This document shows, one piece after another, positions 1 through 9,592 of a stretch of DNA of 38,367 nt. The translations under genes and the position numbers were made by a program. Position 1 is the stretch's first letter. Every line of letters begins with the position of its first letter. The notes beneath the pieces were generated by a model. The model did no database searches, was not told where the DNA came from, and worked only from the letters and a program-made list of their open reading frames with translations. Source of the stretch: Thermoplasmatota archaeon (GTDB lineage: Archaea; Thermoplasmatota; E2; DHVEG-1); the NCBI GenBank assembly GCA_030612095.1, contig JAUWOO010000001.1, forward strand, positions 1-38,367, in the 5' to 3' direction.

Positions 1-75
1 CGGACCTGGCGGGATTCGAACCCGCGATCTATAGCTTAGGAGGCTATCGCCCAATCCAGGCTAGGCTACAGGCCC
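1..75 (-). tRNA. tRNA-Arg (anticodon CCU)
   Basis: The reverse complement folds as a 75-nt cloverleaf. Acceptor GGGCCTG/CAGGTCC has one G-U pair. D stem is GCCT/GGGC. Anticodon stem ATAGC/GCTAT carries loop CTCCTAA, giving anticodon CCT. T arm is GCGGG-TTCGAAT-CCCGC, and discriminator G sits at window position 1. The window edge hides whether CCA is encoded. Confidence 0.9.
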
Positions 76-102
76 AGTATATCAAAGTAACATACGAGTG
101 GC

Positions 103-116
103 TTTTTTAAAATTTG
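103..116 (-). promoter_or_regulatory. Candidate archaeal TATA box for the tRNA-Arg gene
   Basis: An A/T block (ttttttaaaattt on the + strand) lies about 30-40 nt upstream of the tRNA 5' end on the minus strand. This fits archaeal TATA spacing if there is a short leader. Confidence 0.35.
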
Positions 117-126
117 GCAAATTAAG

Positions 127-882
127 TCACGGTTCATTGTATTCCATGGAGAAAGATGCCGTTGCAGTATCCGATTCGACTCCCATACTTCGTAATTCGC
201 TTAATCTAATAATTTTATATTCAATATTCTCTTGATCCAGTAGTTTGGATATGCCAGAGATATGACCGTTGCCAACACACGCTATGATTTTCTGTTTTTC
301 TTCGGTTAGTTTTACCAATTTTTTAGCCATATGGTTATTTCTCTCATCTATCAAAGTCCTTTTGATTGTAGGAAACTTTTTTGCGATTTGTTCGATATAA
401 CTATCAAATTCACCCTCAATTTTTTTTAGTTCGTTTTCCACCTTTTTTTTACTTACAAACAGCCCACCAACCCCTGATAAAAGGAGTTTGAATTTTTCTG
501 ACAGAGACATGGATCGTAGCATGTTTGTGAATACTTTCTGTGCATTCATGTCTATAAATTCTAATGGTATTTGATGAGACTGTGCGTACTTTACTGCTGT
601 GAGCATTTCATCTCCCGCGTTCACTCCATATTCTTTTGCCATGCTATTCTGAAATCGAGCTAGCATCTTGTATATTAATGGAGCATTTTTGCTGGCATTT
701 TTATATTCTTCTGGATTTGTGTTTTTTACCATTAATGCACTGAATCGTTGTCTGTCCAACTCTACACATATAACTTCAGGTAGTTTTTCATCAAAAATTT
801 CTGTTAGTGCAGATGAAAGATCAAAGACATGTCCCGTACCTATCAATGTAATCATTTTCAACAACCGATTGTAAAGAGACAT
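127..882 (-). CDS. TraB/PrgY-family protein
   Basis: N-terminal ITLIGTGHV motif, C-terminal ACVGNGHISG motif and a length of about 250 aa are typical of the TraB family. A GAGGG Shine-Dalgarno-like element lies about 10 nt upstream of the ATG at 882. An alternative ATG at 855 has none. Confidence 0.65.
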   Translation of the reverse strand: MSLYNRLLKMITLIGTGHVFDLSSALTEIFDEKLPEVICVELDRQRFSALMVKNTNPEEYKNASKNAPLIYKMLARFQNSMAKEYGVNAGDEMLTAVKYAQSHQIPLEFIDMNAQKVFTNMLRSMSLSEKFKLLLSGVGGLFVSKKKVENELKKIEGEFDSYIEQIAKKFPTIKRTLIDERNNHMAKKLVKLTEEKQKIIACVGNGHISGISKLLDQENIEYKIIRLSELRSMGVESDTATASFSMEYNEP

Positions 883-1085
883 AGCATCTTTTCCCTCATT
901 AAATTATGTTTTTCACCTCCAACATATAGTCAAACTGTGACAAAGAAAAAAACAATATTTCATTTTCCGTTAATTTTTTGGAAATTATTAAATATTGTTT
1001 TATTATTCATTTTTCTAATCTTTGAATATCTTATGACGCTCTAACAAAAATATTGAAAAAAGATTTTTAGAGGATGTGAAATAGA

Positions 1086-1847
1086 ATGGATGGGCTTGAG
1101 AGTGGTATGAAATTAGACGCTGGAGATAATAGAGCAAACACTGGAATAAATGGACTGGATGATTTATTAAATGGCGGTTTTCCAAGTGGCAGTATAACAC
1201 TTGTATCTGGAACTCCTGGTTCCGGTAAAACCATAGTGTGTTTCCAGTATATTGAAGCAGGGATTAAAAACGGAGAAAATTGTTTATATCTAACGTCTGA
1301 CGAACCGGTGCCACATCTGCTCAACGATGCAAGAAAATTGGGCTTTGATTTTCAATCCGCTGTTGATAACGAACAGCTGAAATTTATGTACCTGGATATT
1401 GACAGACACAATATTCACAAGGAGATGGAAGAAGAAATCAAAACTGGAAAATACGATAGGGTTGTAGTGGACTCGTTGTCTCCATTGACAGAAACCCCCA
1501 TTTGGATGGTCAACAATGGAAATGAAGTTATACCTTCTTCAAACTCCATGACTACGACTACACTTCCCATTGATTCCATCCAAGCAACAAGAATTCATCT
1601 GAGGCGTCTTATAGGTATTCTAAAGGAAGATAAGTGTACCGCTATGGTTACCACTGAAATACCTGAAGGATCTCGCGATTTGTCAAGAGATTCCATTTCT
1701 GAATTTTTAGTAGATGGCATTCTGGTTCTTGATTTGGATACAACTATGGATCGCAGAAAAATGACGATACGAAAAATGCGTGGTACAAAACATACGTTAA
1801 AACCTCATGAAATTAGCATAGGCGAGCGAGGAATTAGTCTGTTATAA
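1086..1847 (+). CDS. Single-domain KaiC/RecA-superfamily ATPase (KaiC-like)
   Basis: GINGLDDLLNGGFPSGSITLVSGTPGSGKT contains Walker A. YDRVVVDSLS is a Walker B-like motif. The size of 253 aa fits archaeal single-domain KaiC homologs. Confidence 0.8.
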   Translation: MDGLESGMKLDAGDNRANTGINGLDDLLNGGFPSGSITLVSGTPGSGKTIVCFQYIEAGIKNGENCLYLTSDEPVPHLLNDARKLGFDFQSAVDNEQLKFMYLDIDRHNIHKEMEEEIKTGKYDRVVVDSLSPLTETPIWMVNNGNEVIPSSNSMTTTTLPIDSIQATRIHLRRLIGILKEDKCTAMVTTEIPEGSRDLSRDSISEFLVDGILVLDLDTTMDRRKMTIRKMRGTKHTLKPHEISIGERGISLL

Positions 1848-1892
1848 TATTCTCATAAATTGTATGATCGAGGATACATCTGAGGCTATATA

Positions 1893-3653
1893 ATGAGAGA
1901 TGCACCGGACATAGTAGAAGAGCTGAGAGAAAAGGAGAAACTCGGAAATTTTAATAGCAGCTTACATAACACACCTCAAGATATGCATGAATCTAAAAAA
2001 ATCTCAAATGATGGTGTCTGTAAAACCACGTTATCTCATGATGAAGGTTTTAAAAATTCTGTAAGCGATGGGCAATGTAATAACAGAGAACTGACAAATG
2101 TAATTGAAAATAGCATAATGTTATTTGAGATATCTCCCGAAACTATCATAGTTATTGATAACAAAGGAAATGTATTGGATGTAAATGCTAGAATTTACGA
2201 CTGGCTAGGCTATGAGAGGGGAGAACTTATTGGATATAATCTTTTTAACTTGCCGTTTTTTGCTGATAAATACAAAAATAATATTTTTGATTTATCCACG
2301 AATGCAATATTCAGTGAAAAGACATTGTCATATGAACTTGATTTCATTACAAAAAATGGAGAAAAACGGACGGGATCAACACATGCTGTACCAATAAAAA
2401 ATAGAAATAATAAGATAGCTGGAGGTCTGATAATGATCTCCGATGTTACTGAAAGTAAAGCTGCAAAAGAAGAGATCAATAAACTCAGCCAATTCCAAGA
2501 TAGCGTTATCGACAATGCCAATGTTTGGCTTAGTGCTATGAATTTAATGGGAAATGTTGTAATATGGAATAAGGCTGCAGAGGCAATTACTGGCTACCCA
2601 CGTGAAGAGGTACTCGGTCACAACAGTGTATGGGATTGGCTAAACCCAGATGAAACACAGTGCAAAAGAGACATTACCACGAAGAGAGTTTCACATATCG
2701 GGGGTGAAGTATTTTCTCAAAATTTCGAAACATTAATCAAACGTAAGGATGGAAACATCAAAACCGTTTCTTGGGATTCCTGCAATATTTTGGACAATAC
2801 AAAAAATCCGATAGGATCCATTACTCTTGGTCTTGATATAACAGAACAAAAGAGATCAGAGGAGGAAATAAAAAGACAGAATGTCGAATTGAAAAGACTC
2901 AATCGCATAAAATCAGATTTCCTCAATGTGACCTCTCATGAATTACGTACACCAATGGTTTCAATAAAAGGATATGCCCAACTTTTATCCGATTTGTCTC
3001 TTGGAGAAATTACCGATAAGCAGAAAAAAGCACTTGATGTAGTTCTCCGAAACACCACTCGTCTGAACAAACTCGTTCAGGACATTCTTGACGTATCAAG
3101 ACTTGAATCTGGAACCATGAAATTCATTCCAGAAGATACAGACATAGGTAAAATGACCAAGGAAACTGCTGAGACAATGCAAGCTTCTGCCAATGAAAAG
3201 CAGATGAAAATCAATACAATTTTGGAAGACAATCTACCAAGTCTTATCATCGATTCTGAGAGAGTAAAACAGGTAATAATCAATCTTATAAACAATGCAA
3301 TAAAATTTTCACCTTGCAACTCAGATATCAATATACAAGTCAAAAAGGAGGGAGATTATGTGTCATTTGAGGTTCAAGATTTTGGCAGAGGAATACCAAA
3401 AAATAAGATAGAAAAAATTTTTGATACATTCTATCAAGTTGATTCTGCAAAAGACAGGAAACTAATGGGTGGTGCAGGTTTGGGTCTTGCCATTTCACGA
3501 GGAATTGTAGTTGCCCATGGGGGTAATATATGTGTTGAAAGTAAAGTGAATAAGGGAAGTACATTTAAGTTTACATTACCTCTTAAACCTGTTGAAGATA
3601 TTGAAGATAGATTCAAGAAGCTTAACATATTCTCTCCAGAAAACCTCAATTAA
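1893..3653 (+). CDS. Cytoplasmic PAS-domain sensor histidine kinase
   Basis: Two PAS-like segments are followed by the HisKA H-box SHELRTP. The HATPase_c motifs are NLINNAIKF (N box), DFGRGI (G1) and GGAGLGLAISRGIV (G2). No TM helices and no receiver domain are seen. Confidence 0.85.
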   Translation: MRDAPDIVEELREKEKLGNFNSSLHNTPQDMHESKKISNDGVCKTTLSHDEGFKNSVSDGQCNNRELTNVIENSIMLFEISPETIIVIDNKGNVLDVNARIYDWLGYERGELIGYNLFNLPFFADKYKNNIFDLSTNAIFSEKTLSYELDFITKNGEKRTGSTHAVPIKNRNNKIAGGLIMISDVTESKAAKEEINKLSQFQDSVIDNANVWLSAMNLMGNVVIWNKAAEAITGYPREEVLGHNSVWDWLNPDETQCKRDITTKRVSHIGGEVFSQNFETLIKRKDGNIKTVSWDSCNILDNTKNPIGSITLGLDITEQKRSEEEIKRQNVELKRLNRIKSDFLNVTSHELRTPMVSIKGYAQLLSDLSLGEITDKQKKALDVVLRNTTRLNKLVQDILDVSRLESGTMKFIPEDTDIGKMTKETAETMQASANEKQMKINTILEDNLPSLIIDSERVKQVIINLINNAIKFSPCNSDINIQVKKEGDYVSFEVQDFGRGIPKNKIEKIFDTFYQVDSAKDRKLMGGAGLGLAISRGIVVAHGGNICVESKVNKGSTFKFTLPLKPVEDIEDRFKKLNIFSPENLN

Positions 3654-3702
3654 ATAAACTTAGATCATATCCGTCAAACTAAAGAGAATGATACTTTCAT
3701 TC

Positions 3703-5121
3703 CTAATATCTGTAGTGTTCAGGTTTATAAGGTCCTTCTACTTTTACACCGATGTATTCTGCCTGATCCTGTCTAAGCTTTGTTAATTTAACACCAAGTT
3801 TTTCAAGATGCAGTCTAGCCACTTCCTCATCAAGTATTTTTGGCAACATGTACACTCCAACTTCATGATCCTTTTCCCAAAGCTCTATTTGAGCAAGACA
3901 TTGGTTGGTGAATGAACTACTCATGACAAAGCTTGGATGTCCTGTGGCACAACCAAGGTTCACAAGACGCCCTTCGGCAAGCATGAATATCTCATGTCCA
4001 TCTGGAAAGATGTATTTATCCACCTGTGGTTTGATGTTTAATTTCCTTATACCTTCTATTTGCTCAAGTTTACTTATCTGAATTTCGTTATCAAAATGAC
4101 CTATATTACAAACAATTGCTTGGTCTTTCATGTGTTTCATATGTTCTGCGGTAATGATGTCTTTATTTCCTGTGGCGGTGACAAATATATTGCCTTCTTC
4201 TAAGGAGTCTTCAATGGGTTTAACTTCGTAACCTTCCATTACAGCCTGCAAGGCACATATTGGATCAACCTCATTTACAATTACTCTTGCACCGAATCCT
4301 TTCATTGATTGGCAGCAACCCTTCCCTACATCTCCATAACCGCAAACAACTACAGTCTTCCCAGCAACCATGACATCTGTAGCTCTTTTTATTCCATCTG
4401 CAAGACTTTCTCTGCATCCATAAAGATTATCAAATTTAGATTTTGTTACAGAATCATTTACATTAAATGCAGGGAACAATAACGTGTTGCTTTCCATCAT
4501 CTGGTATAGTCTATGTACTCCTGTAGTAGTCTCTTCTGAAACTCCTTTTATTCCTTTGGCAATTTTTGTCCATTTTGCAGAATCTTTTTCATATGTTTTT
4601 TTCAAGCGAGTCATAAGCTCTCTGGTATCTTCTCCTTCATTGCTGTAGTCTTTATTCAATAATGATGGATTTTTCTCGATTTCAACTCCTTTGTGAACGA
4701 TAAGTGTCGCATCTCCGCCATCATCTACAATAAGGTGCGGTCCTTTCCCATCACCAAAATCCAATGCTCTCTGAGCACACTCCCAGTATTCCTTCAATGT
4801 CTCGCCCTTCCAAGCAAAAACAGGAACGCCCGACTTGGCAATCGCAGCGGCGGCATGATCTTGTGTTGAGAAAATATTGCAGCTTGCCCACCTTATTTCT
4901 GCCCCTAGTTTAACTAAGGTTTCAATAAGAACAGCAGTCTGTATGGTCATGTGCAAGCTTCCCATTATTCTTGCTCCTGCAAGTGGCTTTTGAGAGGCAT
5001 ATCTCTCTCGCACAGCAATTAGTCCGGGCATTTCTTTTTCAGCAATCTCAATTTCTTTTCTTCCAAAATCAGCTAGACCAATATCTTTAATCTTATAATT
5101 TTCTGTTTCTAATACCATCAT
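3703..5121 (-). CDS. ahcY: Adenosylhomocysteinase, long (insertion-containing) form
   Basis: Motifs [40 protein letters not shown] (NAD-binding Rossmann) and IGHFDNEI are present, with a C-terminal KPEHYRY tail. AGGTG lies 7 nt upstream of the ATG. Confidence 0.9.
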   Translation of the reverse strand: MMVLETENYKIKDIGLADFGRKEIEIAEKEMPGLIAVRERYASQKPLAGARIMGSLHMTIQTAVLIETLVKLGAEIRWASCNIFSTQDHAAAAIAKSGVPVFAWKGETLKEYWECAQRALDFGDGKGPHLIVDDGGDATLIVHKGVEIEKNPSLLNKDYSNEGEDTRELMTRLKKTYEKDSAKWTKIAKGIKGVSEETTTGVHRLYQMMESNTLLFPAFNVNDSVTKSKFDNLYGCRESLADGIKRATDVMVAGKTVVVCGYGDVGKGCCQSMKGFGARVIVNEVDPICALQAVMEGYEVKPIEDSLEEGNIFVTATGNKDIITAEHMKHMKDQAIVCNIGHFDNEIQISKLEQIEGIRKLNIKPQVDKYIFPDGHEIFMLAEGRLVNLGCATGHPSFVMSSSFTNQCLAQIELWEKDHEVGVYMLPKILDEEVARLHLEKLGVKLTKLRQDQAEYIGVKVEGPYKPEHYRY

Positions 5122-5141
5122 TACAACACCTTTCTTTACTT

Positions 5142-5804
5142 TTATTTTAGTATAAGTTTTGCATCAACTACACATATATCGTTCTCATATACAAATACTG
5201 GGTTTAAATCCATTTGGTCAATATGTTCAATTAACTCTTGACCAATCTTTGATACCTTTAGAAGAAGATCGATAACCAATTCTTTGTTTGCTTTCATATT
5301 TCTAAACCCTTCTAAAAGCTTTTTTCCTTTTATTTCTTCAATCATCTGCTCAGAATCATATTTATCAATAGGTATAATGCGGAATGCCACATCTTTATAC
5401 AGCTCGGTGAATATACCACCGATTCCGCACATAATTGACAGTCCAAATGTAGGGTCCTGAACGAGACCTATAATGATTTCAACACCCTTTTCCTCCATCT
5501 GATCTACAAGAAGATTTTCTTTTGGGAACTTTTTTTTGAACTCTTTGAATGTTTTTTCAAGATCACTCATATCTTTGATTCCAAGCTTTACGCCACCGAC
5601 ATCCGTCTTATGTAAAATCTTACTTGAGCATACCTTTAGTGCCACTGGAAACTTTAAACCTAAGTTTTCTAAATCCTCTAGTTTGTTTACCAGTTTATAG
5701 TTCGTGGTTCTTATTCCATATGCTTGCATCAGGTCTTTTACTTCGTTTTCTGCAAGAGGTCCTTTTCTTTCTACCAATTTTTTTACACTTTCTTTCATGT
5801 TCAA
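5142..5804 (-). CDS. Stand-alone ATP-grasp protein resembling the beta subunit/domain of ADP-forming acetyl-CoA synthetase
   Basis: The 220-aa protein has E.EVK.LM..YGI, the motif [18 protein letters not shown] and the C-terminal segment LDLNPVFV. Its start overlaps the upstream paaK-like stop (ATGA). Confidence 0.6.
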   Translation of the reverse strand: MNMKESVKKLVERKGPLAENEVKDLMQAYGIRTTNYKLVNKLEDLENLGLKFPVALKVCSSKILHKTDVGGVKLGIKDMSDLEKTFKEFKKKFPKENLLVDQMEEKGVEIIIGLVQDPTFGLSIMCGIGGIFTELYKDVAFRIIPIDKYDSEQMIEEIKGKKLLEGFRNMKANKELVIDLLLKVSKIGQELIEHIDQMDLNPVFVYENDICVVDAKLILK

Positions 5805-7102
5805 TCCTTTTTCCTATTATCTATAACACGCTTTGCTTTCAAGCCTTCTTGAGGAATGCCATTGGGGGGTAAAACTGTTACTCTTGGTGTAAAGACAATT
5901 ACAGATTTTATGTCGTTCTTCAAACTCTCTTCAAGATCCGCCGATTCAACTTGACTCAATTGATTTTTACTTTCTACTTCTACAGTTAGCATGTCAACAT
6001 CATTTTTGGTATCAAGTACCATCCTCCAGTTACCACCAACATCCTGATTTTTCATGAGAGTTGATTCAATCTGGCCTGGGTATATGTTCGTTCCGCGGAT
6101 GATAATCATATCATCGCTTCTTCCCTTAATTGCAGTGTGTTTTACATGGGTTCTACCACAATCACAAACTTCTTGGTCATATATTTTTGCTATGTCCCTT
6201 GTTCTGTATCTTAGAAGCGGCATTCCTTCTTTTGTTAGTGTTGTTAAGATAATTTCCCCTTCTTCTTCAGGTTCCACTGGTTCAAGTGTTATTGGATCAA
6301 GAACCTCCATTAAGAAATGGTCTTCCCACAGATGAAGCCCATCATGTTGATCGCAATCTGTTGAAACGCCTGGTCCGCACATTTCTGTAAGGCCATAGAT
6401 GTCATGTACGTCCATGTCCCAGGCGTTCATGATTCTTTTCTTCAGACCTGGGGTGAACATTTCGGCACCAAAAAGCCCATTTCTTACCTTGAGTTTTTTA
6501 AGATCTACTCCTATTTCCTGAGCTACTTGCGAGAGTCTCATTGCATATGAGGCGACACCTGAGATAAATGTAGTATCATAATAATCCATGAGTTTGAGTT
6601 GTCTTTCAGACTGTCCCATTCCAGAGGGTATAACAAGTGCACCTACCTTCTGGGCACCATAGTGAAAACCAAACGCACCTGTGAATGTACCATAAGGAAT
6701 CGGATTTTGAAAGATATCTTTTTTTGTAAGGCCAGACATTGAGAGGCATCTTGCCATGACTTCAGACCAAACATCTATGTCATTTTGTGTATAACAAACG
6801 GTAACTGGTACGCCTGTCGTACCAGAAGAGGCATGAAGCTCTATGCAGTTATCTAGAGATGTGGTCATCATACCAAAAGGAGAGTTATTTCTGAGATCAT
6901 CCTTGGTGGTGAGTGGCAGTTTATGTATGTCCTCAAGGGTTTTGATATCCGTTGGTTTTATCTTCAACTCTTTGAATTTATTCTGATAAAATGGAACATT
7001 CTCATATAGTTTTTTTACTGTTTCTTTTAGCCGTTTCAGTTGTAATTCTCTGATTTCCTTGCGAGGCAGCGTTTCCATTTTTTTATTAAACAGATTATCC
7101 AT
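5801..7102 (-). CDS. paaK: Phenylacetate-CoA ligase family adenylate-forming enzyme (PaaK / coenzyme F390 synthetase-like)
   Basis: SSGTTGVPV is the AMP-binding P-loop. The motifs IYGLTE, RYRTRD and GRSDDMIIIRGTNIYP are also present, and the 433-aa length is typical of PaaK. Confidence 0.8.
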   Translation of the reverse strand: MDNLFNKKMETLPRKEIRELQLKRLKETVKKLYENVPFYQNKFKELKIKPTDIKTLEDIHKLPLTTKDDLRNNSPFGMMTTSLDNCIELHASSGTTGVPVTVCYTQNDIDVWSEVMARCLSMSGLTKKDIFQNPIPYGTFTGAFGFHYGAQKVGALVIPSGMGQSERQLKLMDYYDTTFISGVASYAMRLSQVAQEIGVDLKKLKVRNGLFGAEMFTPGLKKRIMNAWDMDVHDIYGLTEMCGPGVSTDCDQHDGLHLWEDHFLMEVLDPITLEPVEPEEEGEIILTTLTKEGMPLLRYRTRDIAKIYDQEVCDCGRTHVKHTAIKGRSDDMIIIRGTNIYPGQIESTLMKNQDVGGNWRMVLDTKNDVDMLTVEVESKNQLSQVESADLEESLKNDIKSVIVFTPRVTVLPPNGIPQEGLKAKRVIDNRKKD

Positions 7103-7181
7103 GCGGTTTTTCCCCGTCGGGGAAATAGAATTATTGTTATTAAGTCTGACGACACAAAAAACTGAAATAAGTCGACAAAAG

Positions 7182-7191
7182 TTTTAAATAA
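7182..7191 (+). promoter_or_regulatory. Candidate TATA box for rpl15e
   Basis: ttttaaataa is preceded by purines (acaaaag), about 50-60 nt upstream of the start codon. Position only; not validated. Confidence 0.3.
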
Positions 7192-7242
7192 AGAATCTCC
7201 TTCCTATGCTCCTACCAAATCTATGGACTAGGTGTACAAATC

Positions 7243-7830
7243 ATGGTGCTAAGTATGTATGATCACGTAAGAGAGCAATGGAAAAAACCGGATACTTCAT
7301 TTAAATCACCGCAACATCAGCGGCTTATACAGTGGAGAAAAGAGGAAAACTTCTTAAGAGTTGAAAGGCCACTTAGAATAGATCGAGCAAGATCCTTGGG
7401 CTATAAGGCAAAGCAAGGTTATATTGTTGTACGAGCGAGGGTAAGAAGAGGAAGTCTAAGGAAACATACAATAAGAGCTGGAAGGAGACCAGCAGCGAAA
7501 GGTATCACGAAAATTACTGCTGCAAAAAGCATACAACGTATGGCGGAAGAACGTACAGCAAAACGATTCCCAAACATGGAAGTTCTAAACTCCTACTGGG
7601 TCGGTGAAGATGGAAAACATCAGTACTATGAGATAATACTTGTTGATCCCTTTCATCCAGTAATAGTTAAAGATCCAAAGATTAACTGGGTACATAACAC
7701 CAATAGCAAAAGGAGAGTTTTGCGTGGTAAAACCAGTGCGGGTCAAAAAGGTAGAGGACTCCGACATAAGGGCAGAGGCGCTGAGAAAGTAAGACCCAGT
7801 ATCCGTGCAAATCTTAGCAGAGGAAAATAA
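7243..7830 (+). CDS. rpl15e: 50S ribosomal protein L15e
   Basis: SMYDHVREQWKKP and GYIVVRARVRRG are classic L15e motifs. The composition is basic and the length is 195 aa. AGGTG lies 8 nt upstream. Confidence 0.92.
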   Translation: MVLSMYDHVREQWKKPDTSFKSPQHQRLIQWRKEENFLRVERPLRIDRARSLGYKAKQGYIVVRARVRRGSLRKHTIRAGRRPAAKGITKITAAKSIQRMAEERTAKRFPNMEVLNSYWVGEDGKHQYYEIILVDPFHPVIVKDPKINWVHNTNSKRRVLRGKTSAGQKGRGLRHKGRGAEKVRPSIRANLSRGK

Positions 7831-7972
7831 AACACATTCTATTTCTTCGTCTTATTCAATATGGTGGCAGGTAAAATACTTGCCATATTCATCAATGGGT
7901 GTCATGATTTTATTAGATGTATGATCAGAACATTTGGATCCATAATTCTTACAAGTATTTTTTTCACAAAAT

Positions 7973-9472
7973 CTATTTTTTTCTCCAGGTTGGACCATCG
8001 TTGGTGTCCTGTATCTCAAAACCAATGTTTTCTAATTCCTTTCTAATATCATCAGAGGTGCCCCAATCTTTTCTTTTACGAGCCTCCTCCCTGATCGCTA
8101 GAAGCATATCTATCAGTTCTTCAATACTTTTCCCATCTACATTTTTTTCATATTTTATAAGAATTTTTTGAATATTTTTCAATAGAGAATCTCCATCTAA
8201 GTCATCTGGTGCAGTTTTTGGTTGAAATAAAGTAAGGACACTTCCTAGTTTAACCAATGTATCAAGTGCATACTTGCAAAGCCCTGCATCCGGGTTGGAA
8301 CTATTCTCAAAGTATTTATTGCTTTTATTAACAAAATCAAAAATCATAGCTACAGCTTCTGGAGTGTTGATATCATCATCCATGGCCTGGTCAAAACGTT
8401 CTTTAAAATCGTCTATTGCTTCGTGGTATATTTTTTCTCCCTCGGCCAGTTTACCCTCATCGATTTCCACATCTGCTTCTTCTAAAAAACCTTCTAGTTT
8501 CTCTTTTAATCTATAGATCCTATCCAGTCCTTTTTCTGTATTTTTAAGGGCTTTTTCGCTGAAATCTGGTGGACTGCGATAATGGGCTTGTGCAAAGAAA
8601 AATCTTATAACCTCTGGGTCCCAGGTCTTCAGAAGATCCTTCACGTTAATAATATTCCCCAGAGATTTAGACATTTTCTCTCCGTTGATAGTAAGAAGGC
8701 CTATGTGCATCCAATAGTTAACAAACTTTTTTCCAGTAGCTGTTTCAGCCTGGGCAATTTCATTTTCATGATGTGGAAAACGAAGATCCATTCCCCCACC
8801 ATGGATATCAAAAGGTAACCCTAGGTATTTTGCACTCATCGCAGAACACTCTATATGCCATCCTGGTCTTCCCTTTCCCCACGGAGAATCCCATGAGGGT
8901 TCACCAGGTTTTGCAGATTTCCATAGTGCAAAATCAAAATGATTTCGTTTTACTTCACCGGGATCAATTCTTGCACCACTCATTAAATCATCTAATTTTT
9001 GTCCTGAAAGTTTTCCATAATCATTGAATTTTTCAACAGAGAAATACACATCTCCTTCAGATTCATAACCATATCCATTGTCAATGATTTTCTGTGTCAT
9101 CTCTATCATTTCAGGGATTGTCTCTGATGCCTTAGGATAGATATCTGCTCGTCTAATACCAAGCCTGTCAAGATCCCCCAGGCAACGATCAGCAAAACGT
9201 TTCGAATACTCAAGAGCATCAACCCCCTCACGGTTTGCTGCAACAATTATTTTATCATCGACATCTGTTATGTTCTGAACATAGGTTACTTCATAGCCTC
9301 TATATTCAAAGTATCTGCGTATTATATCAAAAGCAAAATAGGTTCTTGCATGGCCGATATGGGCATCAGAATATACTGTCATACCACAGACATACATCTT
9401 TACTTTCTCATTTTCAACTGGTATAAAATCTTCCTTTTGTCTTGAAAGGGAGTTATGGATTTTTACTGTCAT
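7973..9472 (-). CDS. cysS: Cysteine--tRNA ligase
   Basis: HIGHAR (HIGH) and KMSKS motifs are present, along with PGWHIEC and a C-terminal anticodon-binding region. The ORF opens at a GTG at 9481. The ATG at 9472 (MTVKIHNSLSRQKEDF) aligns with canonical CysS N-termini, so the start is uncertain by 9 nt. Confidence 0.9.
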   Translation of the reverse strand: MTVKIHNSLSRQKEDFIPVENEKVKMYVCGMTVYSDAHIGHARTYFAFDIIRRYFEYRGYEVTYVQNITDVDDKIIVAANREGVDALEYSKRFADRCLGDLDRLGIRRADIYPKASETIPEMIEMTQKIIDNGYGYESEGDVYFSVEKFNDYGKLSGQKLDDLMSGARIDPGEVKRNHFDFALWKSAKPGEPSWDSPWGKGRPGWHIECSAMSAKYLGLPFDIHGGGMDLRFPHHENEIAQAETATGKKFVNYWMHIGLLTINGEKMSKSLGNIINVKDLLKTWDPEVIRFFFAQAHYRSPPDFSEKALKNTEKGLDRIYRLKEKLEGFLEEADVEIDEGKLAEGEKIYHEAIDDFKERFDQAMDDDINTPEAVAMIFDFVNKSNKYFENSSNPDAGLCKYALDTLVKLGSVLTLFQPKTAPDDLDGDSLLKNIQKILIKYEKNVDGKSIEELIDMLLAIREEARKRKDWGTSDDIRKELENIGFEIQDTNDGPTWRKK

Positions 9473-9592
9473 GTCTAACACTCAGCAATTTATTGCAGAT
9501 AGGGAGAAAATACTTCCATTTATAGTTTACTGATTAATCCATCCAAACTCTTTATATATTGTCTAATGATGCCAAACATGGAGGTTTAAATT

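Noticed and set aside
668-1324. Small ORFs (61-85 aa) around the TraB / KaiC-like divergent region
   Set aside because: They overlap the supported CDSs or the A/T-rich promoter region. They show no motifs and their composition is biased toward hydrophobic residues.
7858-7889. Bulged hairpin of about 13 bp (aatatgg..ggcaggta aaa tacttgcc atatt) between convergent rpl15e and cysS, considered as a bidirectional terminator
   Set aside because: Archaeal termination depends mainly on oligo-T tracts. No clean T-run follows the stem on either strand, so I cannot support a terminator call from sequence alone.
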